This document shows, piece after piece, positions 58,201-64,000 of a stretch of 64,000 nt of DNA. The stretch's first letter is position 1. Each line of letters begins with the position of its first letter. A program made the translations under genes and the position numbers. The notes beneath the pieces are model-generated. The model searched no databases. It was not told the origin of the DNA and worked only from the letters and a program-made list of their open reading frames with translations. Source of the stretch: Macrostomum hystrix (Eukaryota > Animalia > Platyhelminthes); assembly GCA_950097015.1 (NCBI GenBank), contig CATNEN010000024.1, forward strand, positions 1,054,001 to 1,118,000. Direction: 5' to 3'.

Positions 58201-60736
58201 GCCCTGCTAGACGAGCTGGAGACTGAGTTCTCGGATCCGTTCTCGCTGATGGCCTCCGGGCGGCCGAGTCTCCAGGCTGCCGGCCTGCGAGCCCTGCTGG
58301 TGCTGCACAAATTTCATCCGCGGCCGCACGGCCTTCCAGCCAGACTGTGGCCGGCTGTTGAAGCTGGCCGCCTGTCCGGGAACGCCTCACTGTCCGGACA
58401 GCTGGCTCTGGAAGCTTTGAAGCTGGCAGCCAAGGCACTGACGGACGGACGGGGGCACCACCTCATGCAGGACTTTGGCGTCTACCGGGACTGGCTGGCA
58501 CTCTGTCGAGACCGCGGCTGGCTGAGTTCCAAAGACGCGGCCGCCGACGCTACCGAGACGGCTAGAGTCGTTGCCATGGTAACGGACGAAATCGGAGATT
58601 TGCTCGATCCCGATTTAGATCAGGTGATTTTACAAATTTTTTAATAACGACCGACGAGGAATCTTTGAGGCTAATGATAAAGAAGCTGAAGAGAACCATA
58701 CCTGGGGAACCTGGAGACACAGAGTTTGCAGAGACATCATTTACCTGGGGAACCTGAAGACGTGGAGTTTGCAGAGACATCATTTACGTGGGGAACCTAA
58801 AGACGTAGAGTTTGCAGAGACCCACTTCACTTGGAAGAGCCTGAACGTAGGGAGGTTAATGTGATCCCTTAACACCTGGAGAGCCTGAAGGTAGAATAGC
58901 TTTACTATGTAGATAACTGTCGAAAACTATCAAATAAGCGCGCTAAATGCAGATTTTCATCGACAGCTGTTCTGGCTCAATGGCGCCTCCTCCGCGCAGC
59001 CCACCGTTGCGATGCCTTCTGAGCGGCGCCGCGGGGCTACCGCTGCAACCTGCGATGCGGCTCGAAGAAGCTTCGCCCGACGGCCGCGTCCTGCAAATCC
59101 ACGGCGCCGTCAGTCGTGAAGAGGCCAGACATCTCGTGCGATTAGCAAGGTCGGATGCTGCCGGATTGACTCCGGCTGGCATTGCTGACCAGCGGTCCGG
59201 ACTAGCAGGTTCAACTGGCGGCAAAGTCAAGGAGCACCTTCGATTGGCCGGCTATCGACGCCTGGCTGACGCCGACGATCCAGTCGTAGCGTTGTTGACT
59301 CAGCGACTGGCGCTGCAGCTGGGTTTGGCTAACAGGATGCGAGAGGATCTGCAGATCGTCAACTATGGCTTGGTTGGCTACTATCAGGCTCACTACGATG
59401 CGTTTGTTGGGCGCGGAAGCGAGGTATTGGGCATGGGGTGTTGGGCATGGGGTATTGGGCATGGGGTATTGGGCATGGGGTGTTGGGCATGGGGTGTTGG
59501 GCATGGGGTGTTGTGCATGGGGTGTTGTGCATGGGGTGTTGGGCATGGGGTGTTGGGCATGGGGTGTTGGGCATGGGGTATTGGGCATGGGGTGTTGGGC
59601 ATGGGGTGTTGGGCATGGGGTGTTGTGCATGGGGTGTTGGGCATGGGGTGTTGGGCATGGGGTATTGGGCATGGGGTGTTGGGCATGGGGTGTTGGGCAT
59701 GGGGTATTGGGCATGGGGTGTTGGGCATGGGGTGTTGGGCATGGGGTATTGGGCATGGGGTGTTGGGCATGGGGTATTGGGCATGGGGTATTGGGCATGG
59801 GGTGTTGGGCATGGGGTGTTGGGCATGGGGTATTGGGCATGGGGTGTTGGGCATGGGGTGTTGGGCATGGGGTATTGGGCATGGGGTGTTGGGCATGGGG
59901 TATTGGGCATGGGGTGTTGGTCATGGGGTGTTGGGCATGGGGTGTTGGGCATGGGGTGTTGGGCATGGGGTATTGGGCATGGGGTATTGGGCATGGGGTA
60001 TTGGGCATGGGGTATTGGGCATGGGGTGTTGGTCATGGGGTGTTGGTCATGGGGTGTTGGGCATGGGGTGTTGGGCATGGGGTATTGGGCATGGGGTGTT
60101 GGGCATGGGGTGTTGGGCATGGGGTGTTGGGCATGGGGTGTTGGGCATGGGGTGTTGGGCATGGGGTGTTGTGCATGGGGTGTTGTGCATGGGGTGTTCT
60201 GCATGGGGTGTTGTGCATGGGGTGTTGGGCATGGGGTGTTGGGCATGGGGTGTTGGGCATGGGGTATTGGGCATGGGGTGTTGGGCATGGGGTGTTGCGC
60301 ATGGGGTGTTGGGCATGGGGTGTTAGTCATGGGGTATTGGGCATGGGGTGTTGGTCATGGGGTGTTGGTCATGGGGTGTTGGGCATGGGGTGTTGGGCAT
60401 GGGGTGTTGGGCATGGGGTTTTGGGCATGGGGTGTTGGGCATGGGTACATAAAGAGCATACAGTGACAAGAGGACATCCACGCCTTGCAGACATTCCTCG
60501 CTGGAGATCGCATAGCAACCGTCCTGATCTATCTGTCAGATGTACCGGCCGGCGGTCACACAGTTTTTCCCCTGCTTGGCGCCAGAATTCCCCCGGTTCA
60601 GGGTGACGCGGTGTTCTGGCGAAACCTGGACAGTCAAGGCCGCCTAGACGAGCTCACCTATCACGGAGCCTGTCCAGTTGTCTATGGCTCAAAGTGGATT
60701 GCCACTTTGTGGTTTAGAGAGATGCTGAGAGGCTGA
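52596..60736 (+). CDS. Prolyl 4-hydroxylase alpha-subunit-like 2OG-Fe(II) dioxygenase, about 430 aa; exons 52596-52677, 58130-58623, 58953-59423, 60491-60736
   Basis: Signal-peptide-like first exon; [62 protein letters not shown] give the HxD..H..K catalytic set; junctions in phase. Exons 1-2 are less certain than 3-4. Confidence 0.83.
53545..56592. repeat. 3-kb cryptic (CT)n / homopyrimidine tract
   Basis: CT runs interrupted by recurring TTCTGTTT, TTATCTTT and TTCACTGT motifs. Confidence 0.95.
57165..57978. repeat. Intronic 28-bp minisatellite
   Basis: AATTG(T/C)AGGTGCGAGAATTAAGGTGGCT x about 29. Confidence 0.93.
59424..60446. repeat. G-rich 14-bp minisatellite filling P4H intron 3
   Basis: GGGCATGGGGT(G/A)TT x about 73. 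Confidence 0.95.
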
Positions 60737-61083
60737 ATTCCGCATTTGAGAAATAATAAAATATTTCATATTTTCTTCAGCCGTAACCAAAATCAGTCCA
60801 AACGTTAAATTGGATCAAACGAACTTTCTCAGTTGCTATACCTGAGTCATTTTTCAATATCGGTGTCCTATGCAACAACGAGAAAATGCTAATTGAATGC
60901 AAAAATAAAGTTGTGCAATCATCAGGTCTGTCACCTGGGTCTAAGAAAGCTTAAGTAAAATTTCAGTTTTATCGAGTTTTTTCGAACATTACTTATTCAA
61001 TATATTTTACGTCCGAATTGAGCTTGTAACAATCAACGTTTTATAGGAAGTGTCTTTTTCTTGACACGTGAGAAAAGCAATTT

Positions 61084-63648
61084 TCATGGCTTTTCAAATT
61101 GCACTTCGACCGCAAATTTTTCGTGCCAAACTCGCCAGGTTTTGGACTTGTGCGGATTGTCCAGCTGGGTTCGGTCCAGTTTAATCCTGTGCGAAATAAA
61201 GCGCTATGCTGAGGTTCGTAATCTCTATCAAGTGTGTATACGCTACATATGCTACTTACTTGCTCAAACAGTAGTCAAGTAAGAAACTTTACTACTAAAA
61301 ATATAGAAAGACATTTTAGTAGAAGCTCTAAAATGCGTTCTGGTAAAAAACTCACTTCAAATCCTGAATGAAGTAGGTGTAGATCCAGAAGAAGAAAGCG
61401 CAGTTTTCGTAGGCCGTTGGCACATTGCGCTGAAAAGCATCCATATATTTACGAGGTTATGCCCCAACGCTTACACTTTTAGCATGAACCCAAGCGTTGC
61501 TAATTTGCTCTCCATGAAATTCGATTGGGTAGAAGGAGGGCTGAAATTGCTATTTTTAGAACACCATACTGATAAAAACATGTTTTCTGTACCCCCAGAC
61601 CTTAGCCTAGCCAATGAAACACATAATCAAAACACGTGATATTTGACCTTGGGCAAAAACACAGACCCTCACTAACCCTCCCCAAGCACGTGATATTGGC
61701 CTCAGCCAATGATGAATAAGCATCCTCTTAAACCGAATTTATTGCCCATGCAATTCAGCAACAGCCTCACATTTCTTGAGAAGAAACTGAACTTGACATC
61801 GTTGACAACGGTTGGCGAGTTGCGCAGAGTCACAACGACGCTATCAGTCTCCTTCGAGACTTCCGACTGGCAGTTCTTGTTCATGCCCAGGTCCACCTCG
61901 GCTACCTGGTTGCCGCCCTCGAAAATGCGGAACCAGAAGTCCGAGCCATCGCCGTTACCGATGGCTGGAAATGTTTTGTTGGCAACGTTTTGGGTTCAAG
62001 TAAGCTAAACATGCAAGTTAAGCGAAGAGCAGCGTGAGTTACTTGTGACTAACCTGATATTCCATGGATGATAACCCTCTTCACAACCAGCGGGACATTG
62101 GGAGGCATTTCGTAGTTAAACTCCTTCTTGATAATCTCAAAGAATCCTACGTAGCGATTCTGGCTGGGCGTCTCGACGCCCTGAAACTTGATGCCCTGAA
62201 GGTAGTCCGTGCGCTTCAGGCCGAAGAACTCCAGGCACTCCTATGGGATTTAGTGTCGCGCATTTCAGAGTTAGGACCGGTGTCTGCGCTAACGGCATTT
62301 GTTACTTGGGATAGGATTGAGATAATTTGCATGAAATAACAATGATTTTGGTTGAGGTTTGCGGCACTTTCTGCTAAGCAGGGGCGGGGTAGTGACCGGG
62401 CGGAGAGCTAATAGTGCAATTTGTAATACTTTTAGAGCCAACCCCTTAATACTGTAGACAACGAGAGTGAACACGGGCTAAAATTTTCCGCTCTATCCGA
62501 TGAAACAACTTTCAGAATAGAAACGATCGGCAACGTCGAGATATTCAACGATTTCGGTCGGGGCGTCTGTCGGGCAGAAACAAACAATATAGGTAAAGTT
62601 TTTCTGCTCACAAAATTTCATCATGCAACCATGTCGGCTAAACCATATCGTTGATTATGTATTACATTATTGTACCAACATGGATTCATCATAGAGGTTT
62701 ATACAGAAGCGATGCCAATTGTCCTTGTCACAATGATCTTCTACAAGAATCGCTGAATATCTCGACGATGCTGACTCGGACGGCTTTGAAAGTTCAGTCA
62801 CTGTGAAGGGTGGAAAATTTAGATTCATAAGGTGGAATTTCACTAAAATCGGTCATTCGGTTTGGGAGCTGTCGTGAAATAGGCATTGGGTATTAGTAAT
62901 ACACCCTGGTCTGTCTCCTGTTATGAGCTATGAGACTGTAGACTCAACAGACGCACCTTCGCATTCTCATAGATGCCGCTGTCCACCATGTAGGTGCAGA
63001 TCATTGTTCCGGTGCGACCTTTGCCGCCCTTGCAGTGCACCACAATGATGTTGTGCTCATTGCTGGCGAGCCATTCCCGTACGCTGTGTGCAAACTTCAC
63101 CATGTCGCTGTTTGCGGCCAAATTTTGAAGATTTGAGACACGTCAGCGATGCAGGCTTTTGAACATTTTCTTTCTCACTAACTCAGTCGTCCCAGAGTCT
63201 GGCTTGCCTCCAGCAGGCAATCCCATTTTCTTCTTACCCCTCAACCACAAAGCTTACCTCAGTCTCGGCACATTATGATCGTCGATCAGGTATCGTTCGA
63301 CCCGACCGTGAAAAAAATTCGGATTGTAGTAACGTTCGCCTTGAAAGAATTAAATTAGATTGGAATTGAGAGACAAACTCTTTCCTGTGATTAAGGTACA
63401 GTTGAAAGTAAAAGATACTTAGGAGAACTCACTGCACAGATTGTAAACTTTGTACCGATTGTTGTGCTTAAAATCCAGAAACTTTGCCACCTCCTATAAT
63501 TAGAGGTAGTTTATGGATGTCAGCAATGCATTTAGAAACCATAGTACACTGTCTGGATGTCGGTTTTTGTATTTTTATTTTACCTTAATTGGATTTCTGT
63601 ACATCGCCATCAGGCCAGACGAAGGGTAGGACATTGCGATGACTTTTT
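61084..63648 (-). CDS. TPTE/voltage-sensing phosphatase-like phosphoinositide phosphatase, 3' part; exons 63648-63584, 63493-63433, 63339-63258, 63107-62957, 62240-62054, 61964-61771, 61429-61356, 61186-61084; 5' exons outside window
   Basis: KVIAMSYPSSG..YRNPIKEV, YKVYNLCSER, IDDHNVP, HCKGGKGRTG, FQGVETPSQNRY, C2 domain ending LDNPHKSKTW; all junctions in phase. Confidence 0.9.
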
Positions 63649-63714
63649 CTACAAACATGTTAATCAGGTTTAAGATCAGCTTTAGTTTGTTATATCTGGG
63701 TTTTTTACAAGTCA

Positions 63715-64000
63715 AATGTGGGATCTATGCTGACTGAGGTGTGGGATCTATGCTGACTGAGGTGTGGGATCTTTGCTGATTGAGGTGTGGGATCTATGCT
63801 GATTGAGGTGTGGGATCTATGCTGATTGAGGTGTGGGATCTATGCTGATTGAGGTGTGGGATCTTTGCTGATTGAGGTGTGGGATCTTTGCTGATTGAGG
63901 TGTGGGATCTATGCTGATTGAGGTGTGGGATCTATGCTGATTGAGGTGTGGGATCTTTGCTGATTGAGGTGTGGGATCTTTGCTGATTGAGGTGTGGGAT
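63715..64000. repeat. Intronic 23-bp minisatellite, runs off the window
   Basis: TGAGGTGTGGGATCT(A/T)TGCTGAT x about 12. Confidence 0.92.

Noticed and set aside
58570-58583. Perfect X-box GTTGCCATGGTAAC
   Set aside because: Lies inside a coding exon (VAMVT) far from a predicted promoter; may be coincidental.
59424-60446. Collagen-, keratin- or mucin-like ORFs ([24 protein letters not shown])
   Set aside because: 14-bp repeat open in several frames; the P4H catalytic domain is completed by splicing it out.
61084-63648. Calling the phosphatase PTEN
   Set aside because: The HCKGG active site and absent C-terminal tail fit TPTE/VSP better; no symbol given because the voltage sensor is not visible.

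Overview
AT-rich, intron-rich animal genomic DNA with GC-rich exons and a different private minisatellite in most long introns; the style resembles a free-living flatworm such as Macrostomum (inference only). I reconstructed exon chains by hand from GT/GC-AG sites and codon phase. Left to right: (1) a 5'-truncated ankyrin-repeat + Mab-21/cGAS-like (cGLR) fusion gene with a degenerate, shortened nucleotidyltransferase core, carrying an intact antisense CsRn1-type Ty3/Gypsy element (identical 243-bp LTRs, 4-bp TSD) in an intron; (2) a ~1880-aa B-box/coiled-coil/5xTudor gene (Qin/RNF17-like, piRNA pathway); (3) an aquaporin with NPA/NPI motifs and an atypical selectivity filter; (4) a 4-kb composite satellite with a recurring hairpin-rich cassette; (5) a PLAC8/cornifelin-family exon; (6) an uncharacterised minus-strand gene behind a perfect RFX X-box; (7) a CNBD2-like cyclic-nucleotide-binding gene with a GC-AG intron and a second intact Gypsy element inserted in sense orientation; (8) a prolyl 4-hydroxylase alpha-like gene; (9) the 3' part of a TPTE/voltage-sensing-phosphatase-like gene. 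Both retroelements use the same G-GGA-AAC + 6 nt + hairpin -1 frameshift cassette. No tRNA, rRNA or CRISPR array is supported. Repeat boundaries and copy numbers are approximate.
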